This document shows, in pieces, positions 21,924 through 31,975 of a stretch of DNA of 64,000 nucleotides. A model generated the notes under the pieces. That model was given only the letters and a program-made list of their open reading frames with translations. It was not told the origin of the DNA and ran no database searches. Position 1 is the stretch's first letter. Each line of letters opens with the position of its first letter. The translations under genes and the position numbers were made by a program. The DNA is from Pontiella sp. Its GTDB lineage: Bacteria > Verrucomicrobiota > Kiritimatiellia > Kiritimatiellales > Pontiellaceae. The stretch spans positions 418,713 through 482,712 of the forward strand of contig JBNKHE010000001.1 in assembly GCA_050290185.1 (NCBI GenBank), in the 5' to 3' direction.

Positions 21924-23927
21924 ATGAAGAAAGATCCCATGGACACAGCATCCTCCCCCGCATCCGATCCAGTGATTGTCGTGGGCAACGGAATGGTCGG
22001 TCACCGCTTCTGCCGTTCCTTCAGAAACCTGGATACCGCCACACCCGTAATCGTGCTGGGCAAGGAACCCGAACCGGCCTACGACCGCGTCAACCTGACC
22101 AGGCTGGTGCTTGAACCGAAACGCGAATCCCTTTATCTCGACCCAACCGATTGGTACGCCGACCACAACATCGAGCTACGGCTGGGCGAATCGGCCGGGT
22201 CCGTCGATACCGCCGCAAGAACCGTAACCACGTCCAGCGGCGAAACCCTGAACTATGGCAAACTGGTCGTGGCCAGCGGCTCCACGCCGTGGATGCCGCC
22301 CATCCCCGGCGCGGATGGAGCTTCCGTTTTTCCCTACCGCACCATGGAGGACATCGACAACATCCGGCAGGCCGCCGCATCCGGGCGAAGCGCCGCGGTG
22401 ATCGGCGGAGGCCTCCTGGGGCTCGAAGCCGCCGAAGCGCTTCAGCAACTGGGGCTCACCGTCCACGTTTTGGAAATCGCCGACTATCTCATGCCGCAAC
22501 AGCTCGATGCCGAAGGCGGCATTATGCTCAAGGAAGAGATTTCCCTGATGGGCATCTATGTCCGCACCCGCTGCCAGACCCTGGAAATCGTCGACCTCAA
22601 CGGTCGCAAGGAACTGCGCTTTGCCGACGGTTCGGCACTGCAGTGCGACTTTGTTGTGATCTCCGCCGGCATTCGACCGGAAACCGCCTTTCTCAACCAC
22701 ACCCCGCTGGAACGCAATCCCAACAACGCCATTGTCGTCAACGAGGGCATGGAAACCAGCGCCCCCCACGTGTACGCCATCGGCGAATGCGCCACCTTCA
22801 AAGGCACCGTCTACGGACTGGTCGCCCCCGGCTATCAGATGGCCGATACCCTGGCCAGCCGCCTATCGGATGCCAAAGCCTCCTTCACGGGAACCGATCT
22901 CAGCGCCCGACTCAAGGTCATGGATGTTCCGGTGGCGGCACTGGGCGACTACCACCAGGCCGAAGCCGTCTCGCAAACCCTCGTCTACTCGAAGATCGGG
23001 CCAAGATCGACCTCCTGCTACCGCAAACTGATCCTCTGCAAACGGCGCGTCATCGGCATCATGGCGGTAGGCCGGTGGGATAATCTTCCGGCCATCGAGA
23101 ATGCGATGGCCTCCGGACTCAAACTTTCCTGGAAACAGCTTCGACACTTCGAGGAGTCCGGCGAACTCTTCACCGCTGGCAAGGATCCGGCCGTACTGCA
23201 CTGGTCGCCGGATACCAAGGTCTGCAACTGCATGATGGTCAAGAAGGCCACGCTGATCGAGGCCATCAATGAAGGCTGCAGAACAGTTGAAGATTTGCAG
23301 GCCCGCACCCTGGCAGGTACGGTCTGTGGCAGTTGCAAGCCGGTGCTGGGCGATCTCGTGGGAGCGCCTTCCCTGCCGGTCCGGATGCCCAAGTCGGCCA
23401 TTGCCGTACTGTCCTGCTCGCTTCTGTCCATGTTTGGTGTCTGCGCCACCGTGTTTGGTGCACCCATGACCTATGCCGACTCGGTCGAGGATTACTGGTA
23501 CCATGTCGACCAGCTGTGGCGGAGCGGCGTGTTGAAACAGATCTCCGGCTACACGCTGCTCGCGCTCTGCCTCTTTGCGTTATGGCTTTCCGTCCAGAAA
23601 CGCTTCGCGTCCCTGAAGCTTGGCAACTATTCCGTCTGGCGCGCCATCCACACGGCCACCGGACTGCTGACGCTGGGACTGCTTTTCGTACACACCGGCT
23701 TCCACCTCGGTGCCAACTTCAATTCATGGCTCATGCTCACCTTCGCCCTGCTCAATCTGGTGGGCGGCGTGTCCGGTGTTTTCAGCGGATTGGAAACGAA
23801 GACGGATTCGGGTATCGGCCTATTGAGCCGTCGTCTCAAGCCGGTCGCGACCTGGGCGCACATCCTTCTCTTCTGGCCCATTCCGACCCTCGTGATGTTC
23901 CACATAATTTCGGTGTACTACTGGTGA
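21924..23927 (+). CDS. NirB-like NAD(P)H flavoprotein + BFD [2Fe-2S] fused to a His-containing membrane domain (no siroheme domain)
   Basis: GNGMVG, YDRVNL, GGGLLGLEAA, VYAIGECA; VCNC...GTVCGSC; last ~180 aa hydrophobic with four His. Confidence 0.85.
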   Translation: MKKDPMDTASSPASDPVIVVGNGMVGHRFCRSFRNLDTATPVIVLGKEPEPAYDRVNLTRLVLEPKRESLYLDPTDWYADHNIELRLGESAGSVDTAARTVTTSSGETLNYGKLVVASGSTPWMPPIPGADGASVFPYRTMEDIDNIRQAAASGRSAAVIGGGLLGLEAAEALQQLGLTVHVLEIADYLMPQQLDAEGGIMLKEEISLMGIYVRTRCQTLEIVDLNGRKELRFADGSALQCDFVVISAGIRPETAFLNHTPLERNPNNAIVVNEGMETSAPHVYAIGECATFKGTVYGLVAPGYQMADTLASRLSDAKASFTGTDLSARLKVMDVPVAALGDYHQAEAVSQTLVYSKIGPRSTSCYRKLILCKRRVIGIMAVGRWDNLPAIENAMASGLKLSWKQLRHFEESGELFTAGKDPAVLHWSPDTKVCNCMMVKKATLIEAINEGCRTVEDLQARTLAGTVCGSCKPVLGDLVGAPSLPVRMPKSAIAVLSCSLLSMFGVCATVFGAPMTYADSVEDYWYHVDQLWRSGVLKQISGYTLLALCLFALWLSVQKRFASLKLGNYSVWRAIHTATGLLTLGLLFVHTGFHLGANFNSWLMLTFALLNLVGGVSGVFSGLETKTDSGIGLLSRRLKPVATWAHILLFWPIPTLVMFHIISVYYW

Positions 23928-23936
23928 TTTTTTCTC

Positions 23937-25310
23937 ATGGAATTGTTTAATAAGAAAGGATTGATCTGGATGGTCTGGATCGCCGCCAGCCTGGTCGGGA
24001 CCGGCATGCTCGCCCGCAAAATGTTTGCCGGCGAAGACAAGCGCATGTTCCTGCCCGGACAGACGACCGCCGGCCACTACCAGATCGAGCTGCGCTGCGA
24101 CGAATGCCATACGCCGGGCATGGGCGTAAAGCAGGATGCCTGCATCCGCTGCCATGGAGAGGAACTTAAAACCGCGCACGACTCCCATCCCAAGGCCAAG
24201 TTCGACGACCCCACCAAAACCTACCTCCTCAAGCAGATCAAGGCCGACGAATGCATCTCCTGCCACATCGAACACAACGCCGACACCACGCATCCCATGG
24301 GTGTGACCGTTCCGCTGAACTACTGCGCCTTCTGCCATCAGGAGGTGGGCGATAACCGTCCCTCGCACAAGGGACTCGGCTTCAAAACCTGCGCCACGGC
24401 GGGGTGCCACAACTTCCACGACAACCGCGCCCTCTACGAACGCTTCCTCCAGCAGCATGCCGATGAACCGGCCCTGCTGACCAACCAAGTAGCCCAAGTG
24501 CTCGATGAGCCGCGTAGTTTTGGCGATGCGCTAACCGTCGGCGATATGGATGCCCCCAAGAGCCACGAAGGAAACGAGTCTGTGCAGCAGGAATGGGCGG
24601 ACAGCGTCCATGCCAAGCAGGGGGTCAACTGCACCGCCTGCCACAACGTGCCCGACGACGCCGGAAACCTGGCCTGGACCGATCATCCGGCACCGGCCGC
24701 CTGTGCCGGTTGCCACAAGGAAAACACAGAGGGCTGGATGACCGGCCGCCACGGCATGCGCGTGGCCGAAGGGCTTTCGCCCATGACGCCCGCCATGGCC
24801 CGCCTGCCCATGCAACCGCATTCGCTGCACCGCGAACTCGATTGCTCTTCCTGCCACGGCGCGCACGGCTACGACACGCGCTACGCCGCAGTCGACGCCT
24901 GCCTGGAATGCCATGCGGACAAACACTCGCTGGCCTACAAGAACACGGCCCATTTTGATCGGTGGAAACAGGACGCGGACCATGGCGTCTCCTGCGCCAC
25001 CTGCCACATGCCGCGCATGGAAAACGAAGACGGTCGCGTCATCGTCCAGCACAACCAGAACGACAACCTGCGCCCCAACGAAAAGATGATCCGCAGTGTG
25101 TGCATGGATTGCCATGGCGTCGAATTCAGCCTGCAGGCACTGGCCGATCCGTCGATGGCGGACGCCTGCTACGAGGGACCACCCGCCGCCGACCTTGAGA
25201 CCATGGAGATGATCCGTACCCGCATGGTTGAGATTGAGGAACGAAGAAAACGCATCGCCGAACGGCAGGCGCAAGCACAGGCCAACGGCATCGATGAAGA
25301 CGATCTGTGA
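23937..25310 (+). CDS. Membrane-anchored multiheme cytochrome c (10 CxxCH + 1 Cx4CH)
   Basis: Motifs counted directly; N-terminal hydrophobic segment. Confidence 0.92.
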   Translation: MELFNKKGLIWMVWIAASLVGTGMLARKMFAGEDKRMFLPGQTTAGHYQIELRCDECHTPGMGVKQDACIRCHGEELKTAHDSHPKAKFDDPTKTYLLKQIKADECISCHIEHNADTTHPMGVTVPLNYCAFCHQEVGDNRPSHKGLGFKTCATAGCHNFHDNRALYERFLQQHADEPALLTNQVAQVLDEPRSFGDALTVGDMDAPKSHEGNESVQQEWADSVHAKQGVNCTACHNVPDDAGNLAWTDHPAPAACAGCHKENTEGWMTGRHGMRVAEGLSPMTPAMARLPMQPHSLHRELDCSSCHGAHGYDTRYAAVDACLECHADKHSLAYKNTAHFDRWKQDADHGVSCATCHMPRMENEDGRVIVQHNQNDNLRPNEKMIRSVCMDCHGVEFSLQALADPSMADACYEGPPAADLETMEMIRTRMVEIEERRKRIAERQAQAQANGIDEDDL

Positions 25311-25355
25311 ACGAGAAGGCGGCAAGTGCCGCAACTAACCAAAAGGAGCAAGAAA

Positions 25356-25955
25356 ATGAAGGCAATGAAATGGATCCCCGCAACCATGGCCGTAGGAACA
25401 ATCGCCTTGCTGGCAACCCAGACCGGCTGTGAGGAAAAGGCCAGCGCCTCGAGCGGCATCGATCCGAAGATCGTGGCCGACAGCCTGTTCACGGTCATGG
25501 AGGCCGACCGGGCATCGTACACCAAGCACGTCATCAAGCGCGTGAAGGCCGAGGGCGCGATTGACGCAAACGAATACTGGGAGGACAGCGGAAACAAAGA
25601 CCTGCCCCTGCCGGCCCAGATGTTCCGCATGGCCGCCGAGCGTGCCAAGGGTTCAAAGCACAACTCCGCCGGATTCTTCTACCAGCTGAAATCGCCCTGG
25701 CCCATTAACAAGCAGAACAAGCCCGTCACCGACGTGGAAAAGGAAGGATTCGACTTCATCGTGGCCAACAAAGGTGCTGAACCGTTCTATGCGGAGGAAA
25801 CGCTCGACGGCAAAAAATACTTCACGGCCATCTATGCCGATGTCGGTGTCTCCTCGGCCTGCATCAACTGCCACAACGCACATGCAGATACACCGAAGAG
25901 CGACTTTGCCTTGGGCGATGTCATGGGTGGTGTGGTGCTGCGATTCCCTATGTAA
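25356..25955 (+). CDS. DUF3365/Tll0287-like monoheme c protein, probable lipoprotein
   Basis: PLPAQMFR, single CINCH, GDVMGGVV; signal ending TGC; ATG 25356 after AAGGAG. Confidence 0.78.
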   Translation: MKAMKWIPATMAVGTIALLATQTGCEEKASASSGIDPKIVADSLFTVMEADRASYTKHVIKRVKAEGAIDANEYWEDSGNKDLPLPAQMFRMAAERAKGSKHNSAGFFYQLKSPWPINKQNKPVTDVEKEGFDFIVANKGAEPFYAEETLDGKKYFTAIYADVGVSSACINCHNAHADTPKSDFALGDVMGGVVLRFPM

Positions 25956-25980
25956 CCCCAATAAAGGAAAGGACAAAACA

Positions 25981-26442
25981 ATGATCAATCCATTCAAGAA
26001 AAAACCGAAACCCGAAGCACCTGCGGGACTGCCCAGCGAAGAACAGGTCAAGCTGGTCCAGGAGAGCTGGGCCATGGTCGAACCCATCGCGGATACGGCC
26101 GCCGAGCTGTTTTACGGCCGCCTCTTCGAGACCGCTCCCGAGGTCAAACCGCTTTTCTCGGGCGATATGAAGGCGCAGGGAAAGAAACTGATGTCCATGA
26201 TCACCGTGGCCGTCAAAGGGCTGTCCAACCTCGAAGCGATCGTGCCTGCCGTTCAGGATCTGGGAAAGCGGCATGTCGCATACAACGTTAAGGAAGAGCA
26301 CTACGCCGCCGTGGGTTCCAGTCTGCTATGGACCTTGGAACAGGGACTGGGAGATAAGTTCACTCCCGATACCAAAGAGGCATGGACCACGGTTTATGGC
26401 CTTCTCGCCACGACCATGATTGACGCCACCAAAACCGCTTAA
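25981..26442 (+). CDS. Single-domain globin (flavohemoglobin-like globin fold)
   Basis: LVQESW, FYGRLFE, QGKKLM, LGKRH, HYAAVG, AWTTVY; start ATG 25981. Confidence 0.92.
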   Translation: MINPFKKKPKPEAPAGLPSEEQVKLVQESWAMVEPIADTAAELFYGRLFETAPEVKPLFSGDMKAQGKKLMSMITVAVKGLSNLEAIVPAVQDLGKRHVAYNVKEEHYAAVGSSLLWTLEQGLGDKFTPDTKEAWTTVYGLLATTMIDATKTA

Positions 26443-26465
26443 CACGGGGTTTTTCGACGCTACAG

Positions 26466-26503
26466 GCAGCCATGGAAATCCAGATGGATCCCATGGCTGC
26501 TTT
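26466..26503 (+). terminator. Probable terminator ending the nrt-globin operon
   Basis: GCAGCCATGG...CCATGGCTGC followed by TTT. Confidence 0.6.
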
Positions 26504-26709
26504 CGTTCCTGTTATGAAGAAAGAGAATTTCCCGACCCCAGATTTGTAGATAAATACGATAATATATTACATATATGTCTACGACCGTTCACATTACCAG
26601 CTAGCTTCCTGACTGCCCCCAATAAAAACAGGAATGTTATTCATCATATAACGTTGCATTAAGGATAGTTATAAACACTGAACCCCCACTAAACCCCACT
26701 CTATTCGCT

Positions 26710-26725
26710 TGGTATGGTGTGTGCT
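26710..26725 (+). promoter_or_regulatory. Sigma-54 promoter of the DmsBC-like/nitrate reductase 2 operon
   Basis: TGGTAT-GGTGT-GTGCT, 40 bp before ATG. Confidence 0.6.
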
Positions 26726-26765
26726 AAAGTGCCCTCACTATATTTAGGACCAATTCGGTATTTAT

Positions 26766-28457
26766 ATGAATCTACCTACCAACACCAATAATGGATGCTG
26801 CGGTGGTGGTTGCTCGGGAAACAAACCCAAGGCGGAAACGCTTCCCAAGCCACGCAAGCGATCCCCTGTCGAGAAACCGGACATTGTCGGCTTTCGCACG
26901 GAAGGCCGCGAATCGCAAACCCGTTTCCACTTCCATATGGATCTGTGCATCGGCTGCCACGCCTGCGAAGTCGCCTGCGCCGAGCAGAACAACCTGCCCG
27001 CCGACACCCAGTGGCGCCGGGTCGGCGAGGTGCAATCCGGAACCTTCCCCGACACCCAAAGCTTTTTTCTTTCCAGCGGTTGCAACCACTGCCTTGACGC
27101 CGCCTGCGCCAAGGGGTGCCCGGTCGACGCCTACGAGGTGAACGATAAAGGCATCGTGATCCACAAGGACGACGTCTGCATCGGTTGCGGCTACTGCACC
27201 TGGAATTGCCCCTACGGCGTTCCAACCCTGCAGGAAGATCGCCGCATCGTGACCAAATGCGACCTGTGCCACAACCGCTTGGCGGACGGACAAGATCCCG
27301 CCTGCGTGGCCGCCTGCCCCGCCGGCGCAATCACGGTCGAGACAGTGCCGATCGAACAGATCTATGAGGAATACATGGAATCGGGAATCGGCCCCGACAT
27401 GCCGTCGCCAAACATCACCATTCCGTCCACCAAGATCACCCTGCCCAAAGGCATGGACGTGGAAGCCTTCACCAAGGTGGACCAGCCGTTCGTGAAACCC
27501 GAGCATCCGCATTCGCCGCTTATTGTAATGACGGTCCTGACCCAGCTCGGCTTCGGCGGTTTCTGCACGGTGTTCGTGGCGGACCTGATCCGCACCTTCT
27601 TCTTCGACACCGCAGCGCTCGGCAATGTGCTCGGCTGGCTGGCCCCCACCCTCATGGGCATTGTCGGTATGTCCCTGGCCGCATCGACCCTCCATCTGGG
27701 CCGGCCGATCTATGCCGGCCGCGCGCTCAAGGCCTGGAAGACATCCTGGCTGTCGCGCGAAGTGCTGGGCCTTTCCGCTTTCGCGGGCGCGGCCATGACC
27801 TATGCCGCGGTCCTGCTGGCAACGGAAGGATTCAAGCTGTTCGATGTCGGCCTCATCGGCGGCAATCTGGTTCGCTTGGCGATTGGTTCCGGCACCGTGG
27901 TCTGCGGCATTGCCGGCATCTACTGCAGCTCGATGCTCTACCGCGTCCCGGCCCGTCCGGCCTGGGACAGTCGGAAGACCACTATCGACTTCTTCGACGT
28001 CGCCGCGATGCTGGGACCCGTGGCTTTCATCGTCGCCGCCATGGTGGCCATTCTGATTGCCGGCCACCCGATCGGATTCCTGACGGGCGCCATGCAGGCC
28101 GCCGCACTGTTTGCCGCTCTGGCCTTCGTGTTCAAGCACACCAAGAATGCCTACATCATCAAGAAGTGGCTGGAGTCGGACACGCATGAGCTCAAGGCCA
28201 GCGCCGAAATGCGCATGAAAAACTTCTACCGCCTGCGCATGATCCGCAACACCATCGGCATCGCCGGAATGTTTGCGCTGATCCCCTTCATGGCCGAGAC
28301 TTCGCTGCCCGCCGGCGGCAAGCTGGCCATGGCCATGCTGGCCCTGTTGCTGTTCATGGCCGTCAGCTTCATCAATCGCTACATCTTCTTCGTCACCGTG
28401 GTGCCGCGCAACATTCCCGGCAACTACCTCGTCGCTTCCAAGAGCGAGGCGCATTAA
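26766..28457 (+). CDS. DmsB-like 4x[4Fe-4S] protein fused to a DmsC/NrfD-type membrane anchor
   Basis: CIGCHACEVAC, CNHCLDAACAKGCP, CIGCGYCTWNCP, KCDLC...ACP; then HLGRP, SWLSRE and ~8 TM helices. Confidence 0.9.
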   Translation: MNLPTNTNNGCCGGGCSGNKPKAETLPKPRKRSPVEKPDIVGFRTEGRESQTRFHFHMDLCIGCHACEVACAEQNNLPADTQWRRVGEVQSGTFPDTQSFFLSSGCNHCLDAACAKGCPVDAYEVNDKGIVIHKDDVCIGCGYCTWNCPYGVPTLQEDRRIVTKCDLCHNRLADGQDPACVAACPAGAITVETVPIEQIYEEYMESGIGPDMPSPNITIPSTKITLPKGMDVEAFTKVDQPFVKPEHPHSPLIVMTVLTQLGFGGFCTVFVADLIRTFFFDTAALGNVLGWLAPTLMGIVGMSLAASTLHLGRPIYAGRALKAWKTSWLSREVLGLSAFAGAAMTYAAVLLATEGFKLFDVGLIGGNLVRLAIGSGTVVCGIAGIYCSSMLYRVPARPAWDSRKTTIDFFDVAAMLGPVAFIVAAMVAILIAGHPIGFLTGAMQAAALFAALAFVFKHTKNAYIIKKWLESDTHELKASAEMRMKNFYRLRMIRNTIGIAGMFALIPFMAETSLPAGGKLAMAMLALLLFMAVSFINRYIFFVTVVPRNIPGNYLVASKSEAH

Positions 28458-28470
28458 ACTGGATTTTTCC

Positions 28471-30654
28471 ATGATCAAGAAAATCAAACATCTCATCGGA
28501 CTCGACATCAAGGAAGAGGAATACGCTTACGGCCATGATCCGGAGCACGGCTACCTCTCCAAGAGCAAGATTCCCGACCGCTGGGTCAAATCCACCTGCG
28601 GCTACTGCAGCGTCGGCTGCGGTATGCTGCTCGGCGTCAAGGACGGCAAGATCATCTCCGTACGCGGCGACAAGAACCACCCGGTCAACGAAGGAGATCT
28701 TTGCCCCAAGGGACTCAGCGAACACTATCCCGTTTCCAGCCCGGACCGCGCCGTATCCCCGCTGATCAAGCAACCCGACGGATCGTTCAAGGAAGCGAGC
28801 TGGGACGAAGCCTACGACCGCATGGTGAACACGGTTCGCGACGTGCAGGAAAAACACGGTCCCGAAAGCTTTGGAGTGCTCTCCACCGGCCAGCTGCTGA
28901 CCGAGGAATTCTATGCCCTCGGCAAGCTCGTCCAGCTGGGCTTCGGCACCAACAACTATGACGGCAATACCACGCTTTGCATGTCGTCCGCCGTCGTCGG
29001 CTACAAGCAGAGCTTTGGCTCCGACGGACCGCCCGGATCCTACAAGGGCCTCGCCACCGCCGACATCATCTTTCTGACCGGTGCCAACATTGCCGACAAC
29101 CATCCGATCCTCTGGCACCACATCCGCAAGAACAAGGATTTCAAGCTCATCGTCTGCGACCCGCGGAAAAGCAAAACCGCCATGCTCGCCGACCTCTATC
29201 TGCCGCTCAAGCCGCGCCGCGACATCGACCTGCTCAACGGCCTGATCCATCTCGTCATCAAGAACGGCAAGGTGGACCAGGACTACATCGACAAGCACAC
29301 CACCGGATACGAAGAGTTGTGCAAACACGCCGAGCCATTCGACCTCGCCACCACCGTCGAGCGCACCGGCATTTCCGAGGAAAAAATTCTCGAAACCTAC
29401 GAAGCCATCGCCAACGGAAAGAACGTCTTCTTCGGCTGGACCATGGGCATCAACCACAGCACGCAGGGATCCGACACCGTCAGCCTCATCAACACCCTCG
29501 CGCTGATCACCGGAAACATTGGCCGGACCGGTGCCGCGCCCATGAGCATTACCGGCCAGTGCAACGCCATGGGTTCGCGCGAATTCAGCTTTTCCTCCTC
29601 CATGCCCGGCTACCGTAAGTTCGAGAGCGCCGCCGACCGCAAGGAGCTGGCCGAACTGTACAACATCGACGAAAGCCTCTTCCCCACCGAGCGCGGCGGA
29701 AACTATCCGCAGATCATCGACGGCATCCTCGAAGGCAAAATCAAGGCCCTGTGGGTGATCGCCACCAACCCGCTCGTCAGCTTCCCCGACCAGGCGCGCC
29801 TGAAGGAAGCCCTCGCCAAGCTCGAAATCCTGGTCGTGCAGGACGGCTTCCATCCGACGCCCACCACCGAGCTCGCGGACATCGTGCTGCCGGCGGCCAT
29901 CTGGGGCGAAAAGGACGGCATGTATACCAACTCCGAACGACGTGCCTCGCGTGCCAACGCCGCCGTCCCGCCGCCCGGCCTCGCGCGCTCCGATTTCCAG
30001 ATCTGCATGGACCTCGCCGACAAGCTCGGCAAGAAGGAAATGCTCTTCCCCGGCTGGACGCGCTCCGAGGATTCGTTCGAGGAAATCCGGAAAATTTCAA
30101 ACGGTCGCCTGTGCGACTACAGCGGCATGACCGTTGAAAAGATGATGGACAAAGGCGGGCTCCAATGGCCCTGCAACGAAGAAAATCCCGATGGCTCCGA
30201 CAGCCTCTATACCGATGGCGTTTTCAAGCACGAGGACGGCAAGGCCAAGCTGCTTTTCACCACATCCGAGGAACTTCCCGAAGACGTCGACGGCAGCTAC
30301 CGCCTCATCCTCAACACCGGCCGGACCGTCGAGCAATGGCATACCGGAACCAAGACGCGCAACGTCGCGCTCTTGAACAAGCTTTCCCCCGAAGCGTGGG
30401 TGGAAGTAAACCCGAAAACCGCCGCCTATTACGGCATCGGCCCGCACGACCGCGTATCGCTGGTATCGCGCCGCGGCCGCGTCGACGACCTGATGGTGCG
30501 CATCGCCGAAACCATCCATCCCGACCACGTCTTCATGCCGTTCCACTTTGCCGAAAAATGCATCAACAAACTGACCGTTCCGGCCTTCGACCCAAAATCA
30601 GGCGAACCCAACTACAAGCAGTGCGCCGTGATGCTGGAACGCTACGACGGTTGA
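28471..30654 (+). CDS. Nas-type nitrate reductase catalytic subunit, copy 2
   Basis: CGYCSVGC...LCPKG, NTTLCMSSA, TGQCNAMGSRE, TNSERR; no Tat signal. Confidence 0.88.
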   Translation: MIKKIKHLIGLDIKEEEYAYGHDPEHGYLSKSKIPDRWVKSTCGYCSVGCGMLLGVKDGKIISVRGDKNHPVNEGDLCPKGLSEHYPVSSPDRAVSPLIKQPDGSFKEASWDEAYDRMVNTVRDVQEKHGPESFGVLSTGQLLTEEFYALGKLVQLGFGTNNYDGNTTLCMSSAVVGYKQSFGSDGPPGSYKGLATADIIFLTGANIADNHPILWHHIRKNKDFKLIVCDPRKSKTAMLADLYLPLKPRRDIDLLNGLIHLVIKNGKVDQDYIDKHTTGYEELCKHAEPFDLATTVERTGISEEKILETYEAIANGKNVFFGWTMGINHSTQGSDTVSLINTLALITGNIGRTGAAPMSITGQCNAMGSREFSFSSSMPGYRKFESAADRKELAELYNIDESLFPTERGGNYPQIIDGILEGKIKALWVIATNPLVSFPDQARLKEALAKLEILVVQDGFHPTPTTELADIVLPAAIWGEKDGMYTNSERRASRANAAVPPPGLARSDFQICMDLADKLGKKEMLFPGWTRSEDSFEEIRKISNGRLCDYSGMTVEKMMDKGGLQWPCNEENPDGSDSLYTDGVFKHEDGKAKLLFTTSEELPEDVDGSYRLILNTGRTVEQWHTGTKTRNVALLNKLSPEAWVEVNPKTAAYYGIGPHDRVSLVSRRGRVDDLMVRIAETIHPDHVFMPFHFAEKCINKLTVPAFDPKSGEPNYKQCAVMLERYDG

Positions 30655-30818
30655 TAAGGTTTGTGCTAAAACCGCTCTGCGGATTGCGTCGGCGTTGCCG
30701 GCGCTTTTTTTATTTCGCTGAAGTTCCAGCGGATAGGCAAAGCGGCATCACTAGGACAGCACCTCCCGGGCGCTTTGCGCACCCAGATACAACATTTCTT
30801 TCCCCGGCCTCAGGTATT

Positions 30819-30917
30819 GGAAATAAATGTCGTACTTTTACACAAGCCGTTGTTTTCAGGACAATTGGATGATCGGTCGATCTTGAGCCATTCGGTATCC
30901 GACAATTATTTCCGAAC
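30819..30917. promoter_or_regulatory. Putative activator (UAS) pair upstream of nifH
   Basis: GGAAATAAATGTCG at 30819 and inverted CCGACAATTATTTCCGAAC at 30899; same pair upstream of nifE. Confidence 0.65.
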
Positions 30918-31016
30918 GAACGCTATCCTTCACTTCTCACGCCTCACCGCCCACCCCTCTCCTTAACACCTAACACTTAACAACTTAACGCCCCACTGCG
31001 CGCCATCGGCGCGCGG

Positions 31017-31032
31017 TGGCACACTCGGTGCA
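31017..31032 (+). promoter_or_regulatory. Sigma-54 promoter of nifH
   Basis: TGGCAC-ACTCG-GTGCA. Confidence 0.82.
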
Positions 31033-31068
31033 ATAGGGGCTGTCACGTTTTGGACGTTAGTGAATTGA

Positions 31069-31923
<855 letters not shown>

Positions 31924-31975
31924 TCAAACCTGTACGGGCGTCCCTGCTTGATGCCCCCACGAAAAGGAGAAAACC

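Noticed and set aside
21924..23927. Calling this gene a conventional nirB, or a truncated nirB pseudogene
   Set aside because: No siroheme-binding domain, yet the ORF is uninterrupted and continues into an ordered membrane domain
23937..25310. Calling the cytochrome nrfA
   Set aside because: No CxxCK motif, and 11 rather than 5 heme sites
25774..25980. N-terminal extension of the globin in the ORF track
   Set aside because: Overlaps the preceding gene; an RBS (AAAGGA) precedes ATG 25981
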